From contig CAWDGE010000011.1 in NCBI GenBank assembly GCA_963801755.1, forward strand, positions 55,921 through 119,920: a stretch of DNA of 64,000 bases. Reading direction: 5' to 3'. Below the pieces are notes generated by a model. That model saw only the letters and a program-made list of their open reading frames with translations, made no database searches and was not told the origin of the DNA. This DNA comes from an uncultured Nitrospirales bacterium. GTDB taxonomy: Bacteria > Nitrospirota > Nitrospiria > Nitrospirales > UBA8639. Both the position numbers and the translations under genes were made by a program. Of the stretch, positions 51,674 through 63,071 are shown one piece after another (the stretch's first letter is position 1; every line of letters starts with the position of its first letter).

Positions 51674-51983
51674 ATGGCTGACTATCCAAGAGTTCCAAAG
51701 GTTCTCTCACCAACTCGAGATGAAGGTCTTCGCAGTACTACAATTCAGCTCGTTTCAGGTGCGCTTCTTTCCGCTGGACTTCTTCTAAGTGGCAATAGTT
51801 TAGCCGAAGCGATATCCGCCTGTAGCACAGGCCTTCACAAGCCGACCAATTGAGGGTAAGGCTATAATCATCACTCCCAGTTCGCAGATGCACATACGAG
51901 GGAGCATGTTGTTGGCTGGTCATTCTTCTCACAGCTCCCACGCTTCTCACGCCTCTCATCATTCACACTACTCCTCACGGTAG
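51674..51983 (+). CDS. hxsA: His-Xaa-Ser repeat precursor peptide (HxsA-like), one frameshift between 51804 and 51850
   Basis: ATG 51674 gives MADYPRVP...IQLVSGALLSAGLLLSGNSLAEA; second frame gives ...RPIEGKAIIITPSSQMHIRGSMLLAGHSSHSSHASHASHHSHYSSR* (six HxS triplets). Confidence 0.85.
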
Positions 51984-52001
51984 GAGAGGAGTCACAAGAC
52001 T

Positions 52002-52367
52002 GTGTGGCCTGGGTTAGGAACTGATACCCTAGGTGAGTATGCACAAGTTCTGATTGACCGCGAGCTATACGGCGACACTGCGATCTTCAAGACCGCCTAC
52101 TGGTTTACCGACCGTTTTTACATCTTTCTCGATAGTACACCCGACAATCACCTCTCGGTGGAGTTACGGCCCAAGGTTTCTTCTCCGCCTACCGATCTTC
52201 AGGCCGCATGCGCTGAGTTTTGCAATAGCCTGGTGGACTTCCGTGTCCGTGCAATGATCCTCAACGAGACGCATGCAGTCAGAGAGGCTCTCGTGACCAA
52301 AGCGTTCATGGAGGGCATTCCGAAGCCACGGGCAAACGACGACCAATCACCCTCTGGCACTTCGTAA
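52002..52367 (+). CDS. hxsD: His-Xaa-Ser system protein HxsD
   Basis: IDRELYGDTAIFKTAYWFTDRFYI...EFCNSLVDFRVR...ETHAVREALVTKAF; position between precursor and radical SAMs. Confidence 0.8.
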   Translation: MWPGLGTDTLGEYAQVLIDRELYGDTAIFKTAYWFTDRFYIFLDSTPDNHLSVELRPKVSSPPTDLQAACAEFCNSLVDFRVRAMILNETHAVREALVTKAFMEGIPKPRANDDQSPSGTS

Positions 52368-52391
52368 CTTCGGAGTCGGGGACTTCATCAG

Positions 52392-52648
52392 ATGGCACTC
52401 CTTCGACTCTTCCAATCCCCCTGCTATTTCACGCACCGTTAATCTCACGATCTATTCACGAAGCGCACTCGCGGCCACTCAGGCGGCTTTTAGGGAGCAC
52501 TGTCGAGTTTCTACCGCCCCAGTCTCTAGCGATCGTCTGCTTGTTTCGATCATGCCCCTGATGACGACATCCCGAAGAAGTCAGGACTATGCTGCTTGAG
52601 TTCTGGAATTATTTTCTAGATCGAAGCTGTCAGGAGAAGTTGGGGTAA
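52392..52648 (+). CDS. Second, HxsD-like small protein (frameshifted; not in ORF track)
   Basis: RTVNLTIYSRSALAATQAAFREHC...LLVSIMP, then shift near 52570 to EEVRTMLLEFWNYFLDRSCQEKLG*; start uncertain. Confidence 0.55.
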
Positions 52649-52659
52649 AGGAAGCGCTG

Positions 52660-54176
52660 ATGCCACACAAAGAGTTCCATCATGATTCAGGAGTATGTGT
52701 CCCCAGTGGTGACCTATAATCTCTTGCCCTTCCGGTTCATGCGCTTGGACAGGAGACTCTGTTCTGCTCACGAATGATTGGGGAGAGTTCAAAATCATTG
52801 CCCCGGATACCTTTGAGCGATTCATTCACAAGCAGCTCGATACAACCGGCACAGACTACCTCGACTTACGGGCCAAGTATTTTATCTCGGACACTCGTTC
52901 CTCCGATCACCTCCGGGTCATGGCGTCCAAGTATAGAACCAAGAAGTCCTTCTTGGATGGATTCACCAAACTCCACCTCTTTGTGGTCACGCTACGCTGC
53001 GATCACTCTTGCCCGTACTGTCAGGTATCTCGCCAGAGCGAAGACAAGACACGATACGACATGACTCCTGAGATGGCCCATAGAGCCGTCGACCTCATGT
53101 TGCGCGTGCCTGCCCCTGCGGTTACCTGCGAATTTCAGGGAGGAGAAGCCCTCCTGAATTTTCCGTTGGTCCAGGACATTGTGCTGTACGCAACGGAGAG
53201 AAATCGGTCAATCGGCAAATTCATCGATTTCGTCATCTGTACGAACCTGTCGAATCTCACTGATGCACATCTGCTGTTCTTCAAGGAACACAACATCAAA
53301 ATCTCGTCCTCGCTGGACGGACCCGCCTTTCTCCACGACCACAATCGACCTTGCAGCCGAGGCAGCTCACACGCTCTTGTGGAGTACAACCTCCGTCGCG
53401 CCCAAGAGGCACTTGGGCGGAAGAATGTCTCCGTATTGATGACGACCACAAAGGAGAGCCTAGCGTATCCTAAGGAGATCATCGACGAATATCTTCGACT
53501 GAATCTGGGGTCCATTTTCTTGCGGTCGCTCAGTCCGTTTGGTTTTGCAACGAAAACAATGAAGACAATTGGATATTCCAGCGAAGAGTTCGTCGAGTTT
53601 TACAAGAAGGCATTGGATTACATCCTTGAGCTGAACAGACGAGGGCATTCGTTTCCAGAGGGATATGCCACGTTAATTCTGAGCAAAATCCTGACACCAT
53701 TTCCCAACAGCTATGTGGATTTGCAGTCCCCCGCAGGTGCTGGGTTCAGTGCCGTGGCGTACAACTACGATGGGGAAGTCTATGCGTCCGACGAAGCTCG
53801 CATGTTAGCGGAGATGAACGATACTAGCTTTCGGCTGGGCAATGTGCTGGATAATTCTTACGAGCAGATATTCTTTGGCGAGCGCATGCAAGCCATCGCC
53901 GCTGCGTCCTGCAACGAAGCATTGGCTGGCTGTGCGGACTGTGCCCTCCAACCTTATTGCGGAGCGGACCCTGTTTACCACTATGCAACCCAAGGCGACA
54001 TGTTTGGGAATCGTGCGACGAGTGGGTTCTGCAAGAAGAACATGGCGATCATTCGGCACATCTTCGGTTTGCTTCGACAGGCTAATAGTGAGACTGAAGA
54101 GATCTTTTGGTCCTGGATTCATCAGTCGAGCAGAGAAGAGATGAAATTGCCCAAAGCCTCATGGCTATCAAACTAA
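52660..54176 (+). CDS. hxsB: His-Xaa-Ser system radical SAM/SPASM maturase HxsB (N-terminal part frameshifted)
   Basis: N-terminal YNLLPFRFMRL...VLLTND-GEF pieces; TLRCDHSCPYCQVS (CX3CX2C), EFQGGE, SSLDGP, YVDLQSPAG, YASDEARML, CADC...YCG SPASM. Confidence 0.88.
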
Positions 54177-55333
54177 CCACATACGGCAATACGGCTGGTC
54201 TGAATCATCGCTTCACAGTGCGGCTGACTTGTGACTGCTCTGCTGTGGCCATGAATCTGGCAGATCTGGCACTCGTTGTCCCGCTTGAAAGAGAAAATGC
54301 GGAGTTAACGCAGTACAAGAATTTCGCTGCCGTTATCACAGATTCATCTGTTCTGTTCGACAGGCTTGCCACCGCTGGCATCCCAGCAGTTCGCGTGCAG
54401 TCTACGGATGGATACAAGGAGGGGCATATCGTCACGATAGAACCCGCCTCAGGTTTCATTCGGACCATTTTTAGGCCTGAGTCGCCGCACAACACCATTT
54501 TCACCACAGACAGATGCAACAGCAACTGCATCATGTGCTCTCAACCACCGAAAGAGGTTGATGACAGTCATCTCGTTACCGAAAACCTCAAGATGTTGTC
54601 TCTCATCCAAGGGTCTCCGGAATATATGGGTATGACCGGCGGTGAACCCACCCTCCTTGGTCCTGATCTAATTCGACTCCTTGAGGCAGCGAAAGATAAA
54701 CTCCCTACTACTCACATCCATATGCTTACAAATGGGCGTCTGTACAAAGATCTTGCTTTCGTCCGCCGTATTGCGGATGTGCAGCACCCTTCGTTCAGCT
54801 CTGCTATCCCTCTCTATGCTGACGTGGCTGAAGTCCACGATTACATTGTCCAGGCTCATGGTGCATTCGATGAAACCGTGGAGGGCTTGTACAATGCTGC
54901 CGAGGCTGGCCTAGCGGTCGAAATCAGAATAGTTCTGCACAAACAATCCATTCCTCGCCTGAAACAACTTGCCGAGTTCATCTATTGGAATTTCCCATTT
55001 GCAGTGCACGTCGCCTTTATGGGGCTAGAAAATATGGGATATGTGAAGAAAAATTGGGAGGATTTATGGATTGACCCGGTGGATTACATGGACTCACTTG
55101 GTGCGGCTGTGAAATATCTTTACCTCCGTCGAATGAATGTCTCCATTTATAACCTGCAACTCTGCTTGCTACCGCAATCGCTCTGGAGCTTTGCACGTAA
55201 AAGCATTTCCGACTTCAAGAACGAATATCTTAATGTATGTGCACACTGCACAGTGCGAGAGCACTGTAGCGGATTGTTCCTTTCCCAGGTCAACAGGCAT
55301 AGCGAGCACATTCACGCGCTGACTATGGTCTAG
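54161..55333 (+). CDS. hxsC: His-Xaa-Ser system radical SAM maturase HxsC
   Basis: TDRCNSNCIMCSQPP, TGGEPTL, LTNGR, HDYIVQ, FMGLE, LWIDP, SIYNLQLC, SISDFKN, CAHC...C. Confidence 0.9.
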   Translation: MAIKLTTYGNTAGLNHRFTVRLTCDCSAVAMNLADLALVVPLERENAELTQYKNFAAVITDSSVLFDRLATAGIPAVRVQSTDGYKEGHIVTIEPASGFIRTIFRPESPHNTIFTTDRCNSNCIMCSQPPKEVDDSHLVTENLKMLSLIQGSPEYMGMTGGEPTLLGPDLIRLLEAAKDKLPTTHIHMLTNGRLYKDLAFVRRIADVQHPSFSSAIPLYADVAEVHDYIVQAHGAFDETVEGLYNAAEAGLAVEIRIVLHKQSIPRLKQLAEFIYWNFPFAVHVAFMGLENMGYVKKNWEDLWIDPVDYMDSLGAAVKYLYLRRMNVSIYNLQLCLLPQSLWSFARKSISDFKNEYLNVCAHCTVREHCSGLFLSQVNRHSEHIHALTMV

Positions 55334-55528
55334 GTCTATGCCGTAGCGACTCCCACTTCTTTAATCCTTTTTTAAACTGTGCGTGTTTTCTTGGTTCTCA
55401 AATCATTACCCCTAAAAGGATAGATTACCCAACACTAGCAACCCTTCCTCAGTAACTCTTTACAGTTCAGGCCCTCGTACCCCCTCTCCTCCATTGCAAT
55501 GGCTGGGATCGGCCTAGGCGCAAAGGGT

Positions 55529-57367
55529 TTATTTTGTCGTAAGCCCTGTGATGCTAGCAAGGAGTAGAGATAGCAAAACGAAGCCCATTAGCTGATGAAA
55601 GTAGAAATAGTAGGCTAACCAGCCCTGCAGTTCCGTTTTCGTGTAGTGAGACTCACGTAGCCTAATGATGGGAAGGAATCGGTCAAAGCTGTAAGAGATT
55701 AGAGGGAAATAATTTTCCACATAAGATGCCAGAGAACGCGGGAAATAGTTGTAAAGCCTCTGGGGAATAATTGCCGAAGTGTTTCCTCGGATGGAATTAA
55801 ATGGGTTGTCTTTTGAAATCTTGAGCATTATGGTCCCGATTCCGGTAAAAACCAGCACCCACAAAGTAACGCAAAAAATTGTTCGGTATCCATAGCCGAT
55901 GAAGATTTTCAGGAGAGTCAACCAAAACCAATCCAGCCTGCTTGCTACCTCCGTACGTTCTCGTTCTTTGCTTTCGTAAAGGATCTCTAATGCCTTTTTT
56001 GTTTGACCGGCTTTCCGGAACACACTTGCGAGTTGTTCGTAGGGCTGGGGTGAATAGGGCTGTTGTTTTGCCAGCCATTCCTTAAACCATCCAACATCTC
56101 TTTTGCTCAAATCGCTTACGCCATCGCCTTCCAAGCCACCTAACCGATTGTAGGTGAAGCCGTCTAGCACTAGCTGATTTGGCCATGCATCCTGTCGATC
56201 TTGTAGAGATCCCACCTCAGTATTGCGAAGTACCAACTTTGATCCTTCCCGCCACTTGATGACCGAGGAATTTTGATTTGAGGCTAGTTGAAACTCCCCC
56301 TTGATTTGTGTTCCCGTCAGGTTGAGAGAAGGAAGTGAACTTTCAGAAATATTCAAATTGGAGGCTATTTTGGCAAAAGTGAGATGGATTTCCTTGTCTT
56401 TAATCACCTGAACTCGTTTTATGTTCAAGGTATCGCCGACGTGGAGGCCGCCCATATCCAGGGAGTCGGAGAAGGTAGAGCCACCCATGATGACTTGGCC
56501 CTCTATTCGGGCGCCCCGGAGATCCACTTTGGTGAATGATGCCTCTTCCATAAAAAGACCACCCTGGACCTCCATTCCAGTCATCACCAGTGTTTTACGA
56601 AAACTGGAGTCATTCATGCCAACTTCCCCATCAATTTTTGCGCCGGAGAGTTGTACTTCGTGAAAGCTGGATCCCTCGTTCATCCAGAGATTAGTGCCGA
56701 CCTGGAGGCTATTCATATCCAAGGTGTCGACAAACGTAGAGTTTCTCAGGTCTAGGACATCCTTAATAATAGCGCCCGAGAGATGTACTTCGTGGAACAT
56801 AGCCCCCTTGTTTAGACGGAGACTACCGCCGACCTGGAGACGATGCATAAAAAAGGTGCGATTGAAGGTGGAGCCACCAAGGGAAATCCAATAACGGGTT
56901 TCTAGATGTGACAGGTTTACTTCTTCGTCAAATCGGCAGTTATCTAGATCAAGGGGTTTGGTGAGTGTACCCTCTGAAAGGTCGAGAGGCTCAATGAACC
57001 AAGCGCCTTTGATGCGTATCCCACGATGGGACACAACCTCCTGATACGGCTCATGTAACAGAATGGTTTCCAGAAAACCTGGTCGCAAAATACGGATTCT
57101 TGTCCACCCTTCCGACTTAGATGTATCATGCGCAGCCCCTTCGAGTTGATTCAGATCAGCTTCTCTGCCCTCGCAGACTTGGGTCCAGACCCATCTCTCT
57201 TGCTCAGTCCAATTTTTTCCATGGGCAGTTTTACATTTCTCCCCCGGTAACACTGGTCGGTCTTTCACATATTCTGCCGCTGTCAGCGGGAAAGACACAC
57301 CGGAAATTGCGCAGAGGATAAGAAATAAGGTGAAGACTATTCGCCAACAGAGTATGCGCGGCATCAT
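55529..57367 (-). CDS. Exported/membrane protein with beta-solenoid (pentapeptide-like) repeats and C-terminal channel-like TM segment
   Basis: Signal peptide; repeated LQVGGSL/VHLSGAxI units; QPYEQLA, IGYGY, YSFDRFLPII. Confidence 0.7.
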   Translation of the reverse strand: MMPRILCWRIVFTLFLILCAISGVSFPLTAAEYVKDRPVLPGEKCKTAHGKNWTEQERWVWTQVCEGREADLNQLEGAAHDTSKSEGWTRIRILRPGFLETILLHEPYQEVVSHRGIRIKGAWFIEPLDLSEGTLTKPLDLDNCRFDEEVNLSHLETRYWISLGGSTFNRTFFMHRLQVGGSLRLNKGAMFHEVHLSGAIIKDVLDLRNSTFVDTLDMNSLQVGTNLWMNEGSSFHEVQLSGAKIDGEVGMNDSSFRKTLVMTGMEVQGGLFMEEASFTKVDLRGARIEGQVIMGGSTFSDSLDMGGLHVGDTLNIKRVQVIKDKEIHLTFAKIASNLNISESSLPSLNLTGTQIKGEFQLASNQNSSVIKWREGSKLVLRNTEVGSLQDRQDAWPNQLVLDGFTYNRLGGLEGDGVSDLSKRDVGWFKEWLAKQQPYSPQPYEQLASVFRKAGQTKKALEILYESKERERTEVASRLDWFWLTLLKIFIGYGYRTIFCVTLWVLVFTGIGTIMLKISKDNPFNSIRGNTSAIIPQRLYNYFPRSLASYVENYFPLISYSFDRFLPIIRLRESHYTKTELQGWLAYYFYFHQLMGFVLLSLLLASITGLTTK

Positions 57368-57739
57368 CAACCCCCAAAATGTTATCGATCCTTTTAGCAT
57401 AAAATCATTGTTGGTGCCCACCGAGAGAAAATACCGGGACACTCTATTTTGCACGTTTGCGCGAGTTTCCTGGGTTGGTTCCGACTGTGTGCATTGGGAC
57501 AGACAGCTCGCGGAAATCTCTTGATGGCCGGGTAATTAGGTGATGGGGTCTTTACAAGACTTGAAACTGAGCCGCTTCCCTGTAGGTGGCCGATTCATCC
57601 GTCCAATGTCATACCATTTGCAAATGGCGCAGAGGACATCAATGGCGTATGACACAGACTATTGCCCCCCCAAATCCTAACTGCTTCAAGGTCTACGTGT
57701 CGGCCGAAGCGATTCAAGATAGTTGGCGTTGACCCATGG

Positions 57740-57860
57740 TTTCCTTCGTGACCATCAGAGCCGACTGGGATGAGCTAATCGAAGTTCCCCGTTGTGCACG
57801 GAAAAGATGGCTGAGCTGACGTTTTGTTTCATCGCATCCTTCGTCCACAGCATATCCAGT
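57740..57860. repeat. Non-coding direct repeat B, copy 1
   Basis: gggatgagctaatcgaagttc-ccgttgtgcacggaa...catcgcat..gtccacag matches 63735-63852. Confidence 0.8.
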
Positions 57861-58031
57861 TCCTAAAATTGATCTTTCTATCAAAGCTGAACTTTACCCG
57901 TCCGATAATAAATTAAGTATTTCCAAATGCTATCTTCCACTAAAGATCGGATGTCTGACCCATTCAAAAAAAACTGCCATGCCCTCCCAACATGAAATCC
58001 TTCGCAAAAAAAGGTTTTAGTTCATGGATGT

Positions 58032-58190
58032 GATCACCCTCGCTCCCAATCCTTTCTTCGAGTGGGGCGGGGGAGATTAGAAGGACATCAAATAGAAGTT
58101 TTAGAAGTGTGAGTCCAATTCGAAAATTTTGGTAATCACCAATCAGGAAGGATGTAGAAGAGGCAATCGTTCTGGGCAATTTCCGGATTT
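58032..58190. repeat. Non-coding direct repeat A, copy 1
   Basis: cctttcttcgag...gacatcaaatagaa.ttttagaagtgtgag.ccaat.cgaaaattttggtaatcacc...gtagaagaggcaatcg matches ~63582-63735. Confidence 0.8.
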
Positions 58191-58532
58191 GAGAAAAGAG
58201 GTCAGGGGTATTTTCTGACGACCCAGCCTTGCCTGCCGCCTACCGCGTCGAGTCCATCTCTCGCTTTAAGCTAAAGGGTAGATGGCGCATGGATTGTGGC
58301 CGATAGCTCGTCGGAGAACAACTAAAGTATTATCGTTGTCCGTGTTATAAGTTATCCGTCATCGGTGCTGGTCTCCTACAAGGTGTCGCCACCGTCTACC
58401 TCATACATCGGGCAGAGTTATCCCACCTGACGCAACCACTCCATAGAAAATACTTCACACGCCGTGAAAAAAAAGTGGCCTGCCCCATTAAATCATACCC
58501 CGAGCGTCGGGAGGTCGTTGATGGTAAAAGAT

Positions 58533-61500
58533 TTAGGGAAGCTTGCCTTTCTCTTTGGCGAGGTCCGGGATGCCCTGAAGGAGAAGAGGAAGCAAGGCAA
58601 TCACGGCAGGGAGGGCCGTCCGCAATTCTTCTTGGGTAAGAATTAACGCGACGATAATCGTAGCGAGCCCAATTCCTACGGGCACTTTTAGCGCGTTCCA
58701 GACACTATTGCCCCTTTTGGCCTCTTGTTGGTTTAGCTCATCGCGTATGCTAACCATCTGAACGAATTTTCGAAAACTGGCATTCATGATTCGTAGATCC
58801 GGATTGAATTGGACGAGCCCTTTCCGAAGCAAGGGTTCTAGACCGGGGTGTCCCACATGAATAAAGCGATCTCGGGATAAATGAAATAATGCGAGTTGTT
58901 CCTCCACCGTTAAGGACTGCCAAATTTCTTCGTAATAGGGTTGGGCCATTTGGAGGATGGCGGCTCTGACGGACTCATGGGAATGGTGCCGATCGGCGGT
59001 GCCGCTTTGAGACAGAACATATTTTTTGAACGTGGTGGCGAAATTGTGAAGAACCGGGGTTTCTCCGCATTCTTCCTGTAATAGTTCATCCAAGGTGTTT
59101 GTAGTCTTGAGGCTGGCCTCGGTAGACGGAGAAGTTGTGCGAATGTACATCATGGCAAAAGATCCCCAGATGGCATGCCACCGGGTTTCCGGAAGACTGT
59201 GTTTGGTCTCTGGTGTATCAAACGGGAACGAAAACGGATTGACATTCGAAAGAATCGTGGTGGAAACCCGTGGTGTGTTGGCAATGGCTGACATGACAGA
59301 GCTCCCTGGTTAGGTAGGCGGAGGAATTTTTGTGGTGACGGTCGTTGGTTGAACCTTGCCTCGAACCTCCGTCACAAGTGATTGCTTTTCTTGGTTTCCG
59401 GCGGGGCGCTGTTCTACTCTCAAGGGTATGTTGAAAAGGAATTCCAAGAATTCCAACTTTTGTTTATTAATGTCGGGATCTTTCCATTGATAATCCAGAT
59501 GGTCAAGGATCACGTGAATGTTTTGGATGTTCTGACGATATTTTTCCTGTATGCGGGTCATAAGGGCAGCCTGCCATTGGTTGGGCGAATGGGCTTTTAG
59601 ATCAAAATACAGCACACCGGGATGGTTCAAGTTTAAGTCTTTTGAGTGGGTGGAGAGAAAGTGTGTTTTCCCCTGTCCAGGAAATCCAATAAGAAGACGG
59701 TTCATCATGAGTTCTGGGGACTCGGTGGGAAAAAGTGACGATAGCGTGGAGACCATTGGGGCACTATACGACAGGAACAGGGCGCGATCCGCAATGAATT
59801 TTGGAACCTTGAGTAACCAAAACCCCACGAATCCTAGGATCAGCAAATAGCCCAGGAATTTCCCGATGGTTAGATTGCTGATGCCGGGAAGGCTCCCGTT
59901 TAGAAACCAGGGGGTTAACCTAATGTTCCCTCCTAATCGAAGGTGCCGGATGTGATTAGCGCCCGCTGGGGGCCGTAGTTTGGAATAGAGAAATACCTTG
60001 CCGTTGTTTTTATCCCATTGAATGTCCTGAACAGTATTTTTGGCCTGGGGCCAAGAATCCCCCACAAATCCCCACAGGGAAACGTGTTTGAGAAGCGGGG
60101 TGAAAGGTTTACTCAGAAGGGCAAACAATCTCTCGAAACGTCCATGGCCCTCTGCAGTAAGCGGGCTTCCTTTGGGACACAGATCCCAAGACGTGTTAAG
60201 AAAAAAGTCTGGATAGAATCCCAGGGAGTATTGGCTCACGGTATCTACGGAATCTGTTGATGGCGGTGTCGTCTCTTTTGCACAATGTTCTGGGAAACCC
60301 ACCCCATTAATGGAGGATGAGTGTTCCCATTCGGAACGGGAAATGGGAATTTTCCCGGAGGCCTGAAAACTTTTAAAGGTTTCCAATAGTTGATATTGGG
60401 AAAAAAGCGTGATTTCTTGATGGAAAATACTGGAAAAACATCCATAAGCGGGAATTACTCCTAAAAGGAGCAGACAGGACGTCAACATCAATGAATAACT
60501 ATTGGGAAACGCCAATAGAGATAATTTTTGACCTGGTAAGAAAGGTTGGGTTTGGTCCGTTGTTGGCAAAGATGGTGGCTGGCAATGTGTGATGGTGAGG
60601 GCGATTATTCCTCCCGCACATAACATTGGAACGAGCAATCCGATACTTAATTGCCAACCAGGGTTTCCAGCACACCAAAAAATTCCGATCGTGCCAACCA
60701 GAAACCACCCCAAATTATGAATCAAGATGGTTCGGTAGAAATGATGGTTCCCCCGGTTTGGCCACAACCAGGGAGCTTTCCGGTGTCGGTTTTGACCTTT
60801 CAGCAGAATCCAAAGAAGCCAATAGACGACCAAAGACCACAAGCTATACAGACTTCCTGCCACCAGAAGTCCCACGAGGTTTACGGATCGAAGGATTTCC
60901 ATATCCCGAAACACCACCAGGGACCATGGTACTGGCGATAGGGGGAGAACGTAAAAACTGGTTGGTTTCCCCCAATAAGAGCCCTCCGTATGTCCGGCTG
61001 TTCTTGCGGCCAGAAGATCTCGTAAAGTCGAATTCTCATCTGTCTCGATGAGAAACATTTCTTGAAGATTCCGCCTCTGTTCTGAATGAAACAACACCCG
61101 ATGGTCCGTCTCATCGATCACTGCAAACCCAGCATCTGGAGGAAGCACTAGATTATCCATGAGTGAGACCAATTTGAATTCTATAGCTGCCACCCATTTT
61201 CCACGTGATTCTTGTTGGCCAAGCCTACTAGGCATAGAGGCGACGACGGTATTCAACCCGGTTGTCCAGGAAGTAATCGGTTGCAGGAAAAAAGAATAAA
61301 ACGATTGGAAAGAGTCTTCTGATGCGGATTTAGGCCATTGCCAAAGTTGTGTGGGGTGCTGGGTGACGGCGCTTACATACTGTCGCTTTCCTAAGGGAAT
61401 GTTGTCGGTCATTCCTTGGGCGGGTTTCCCCGTGAAGGTGTCTCTGGCCCAATTAATTCGGAGCGATCCTTCAGGATCCATCCAAAAGGCGTAGAGAAAG

Positions 61501-63071
61501 TCGGTGTAATACCAAGGTTGTTCAGGCGAATGGGATATGTTTTCTGGAGGACAAATCTTCCTGCTGGTGGATAGGGCGTTGACGGGCCGCATTCTCTTGG
61601 GATCACACTCTTTTTGGATGTGGCCATCTAACAAGACTGGTCGTAAGCCGACCTCGTTCTTGTTTGATGGTGGTGTGGTAACTGCATGGAAGTCCTTCTG
61701 GAGGTAGTCACTGTGATCAAATTGTTCGAGCGTGGATAAAACAGAGAGCAGTTCGGCACTAAATCTGTTTTTAATGGTCTGGGCGGATTCTTCCAAGTGA
61801 TGTTGGAGGGACTGTTTCCCCTCCCAATAAATAGTGGTGTCCAGGGCCAAAAAAGTAACCAGCCCTGTCCCCAAGAGCGCCGATAATACGAGCCCAAGTA
61901 GATGAGTTAGGCGAAGAGGGTCAGTAGGATTTAAGATTTTCAAATGAAACAGAGGAATGGCGATGACCAGGCTCAAAAACCCGATCATCACTCCCAGAAG
62001 AAGTGTAGAGGAGATGGCCAGGGTATCATTGGTGAACGTGGCATCCTCTACCAATCCCACCAGAACCCACTTACCTGTTAATTCCCCTGGCAGGAGGATG
62101 GGGTGACTGAACCCTTGGTAGGATTGCCCAGGAACTTTGAAAAGAAAATGATTGTCTGCCACGGTGAGGTGATGCTCGACCTCCTGCTGAGGGGGAGAAG
62201 GGTTTGGACTCAAGAGATTCCCTAACCAGGATTGGGATGTCACGGGTTGAGCCCGTTCTTTCAAGTCATCCCACGAAAATTCTTTGGAGTCGGACTGAAA
62301 GAGAAGCGTGGCGGATTGAGAGGTTGTAGAGGGTATCGCAAAAAGAAGAACCTCGGAGAATATAGCTCTATTCGTGAGGCGTTGGAGAAAGGAACCCAAA
62401 TTAATTTCCCCAACAATCTCTATAGCTGTACTGGGATCCGAAGAAATCGTGGGATCGGAAGAAAAGCTGATTTGAATGAGGGGGGGGAGCTGATTTGACT
62501 CCACTTCTAAGCGGTACCCCTTCGATTGGGTTTTTGTTAATTCGGATTTTGTTTTTATTTGGGTCAGGCCTTCTGCTTCACACATTCTACGGAGTTGATT
62601 CGGAACAGCATCTTCTGAGGCAGTGGGGGAACCGGTGTCACAAACCAAAAGGGTTGTTGATCCTGTATGGGGATCTTGTTCGGCGACCCTTTTGTTTTCA
62701 ACCTCCTCGGATTGAGGCTTGGCCTTTTCCGTCGGCGGGATCATCCGGATCAATAAGTTCCGGCCCTCGTTTTTAATAACAGTCGAAAGCTCGGACTTGG
62801 ATTTGGGATTCAGATTTTCCTGAATCTCAGATGCTCCAACTTCAAACACCTTTTGATAACTCTGGATTTTTTGACTGATGTTCTGACCCCATAAATTCAA
62901 CAAGCGGAAATTTCGTTGAATCAGGTATTGCTCCTTTTCGGTGATATGGACCCAGGCCATTCCACTCAAAAGTCCCAAAGCCACAATCACTAAGAGGGTG
63001 GCGCGTTTCGGCGTCACCGAGGTCAGAAATTGATTATAGAAAGTAGAAATGGTTGAGAGGGGTGTAGGCAT
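58533..63071 (-). CDS. Large Cache-domain multi-pass membrane protein with P-loop region; one in-frame TAA at 59310
   Basis: ORFs 59310..63071 and 58533..59294 are in the same frame (acc TAA cca); FAVIDE...VLFHS...RNLQEMF, PWSLVVF Cache motifs; IGFPGQGKT; YYEEIWQSLT-x-EEQLALF. Confidence 0.7.

Noticed and set aside
51804-51850. Programmed ribosomal frameshift in hxsA
   Set aside because: No slippery heptamer or stimulatory structure evident, and neighbouring genes have similar indels; sequencing error or mutation is more parsimonious
51738-51962. Minus-strand 74-aa ORF in the track
   Set aside because: Shadow of the plus-strand hxsA precursor, which has promoter, RBS and the HxS repeats
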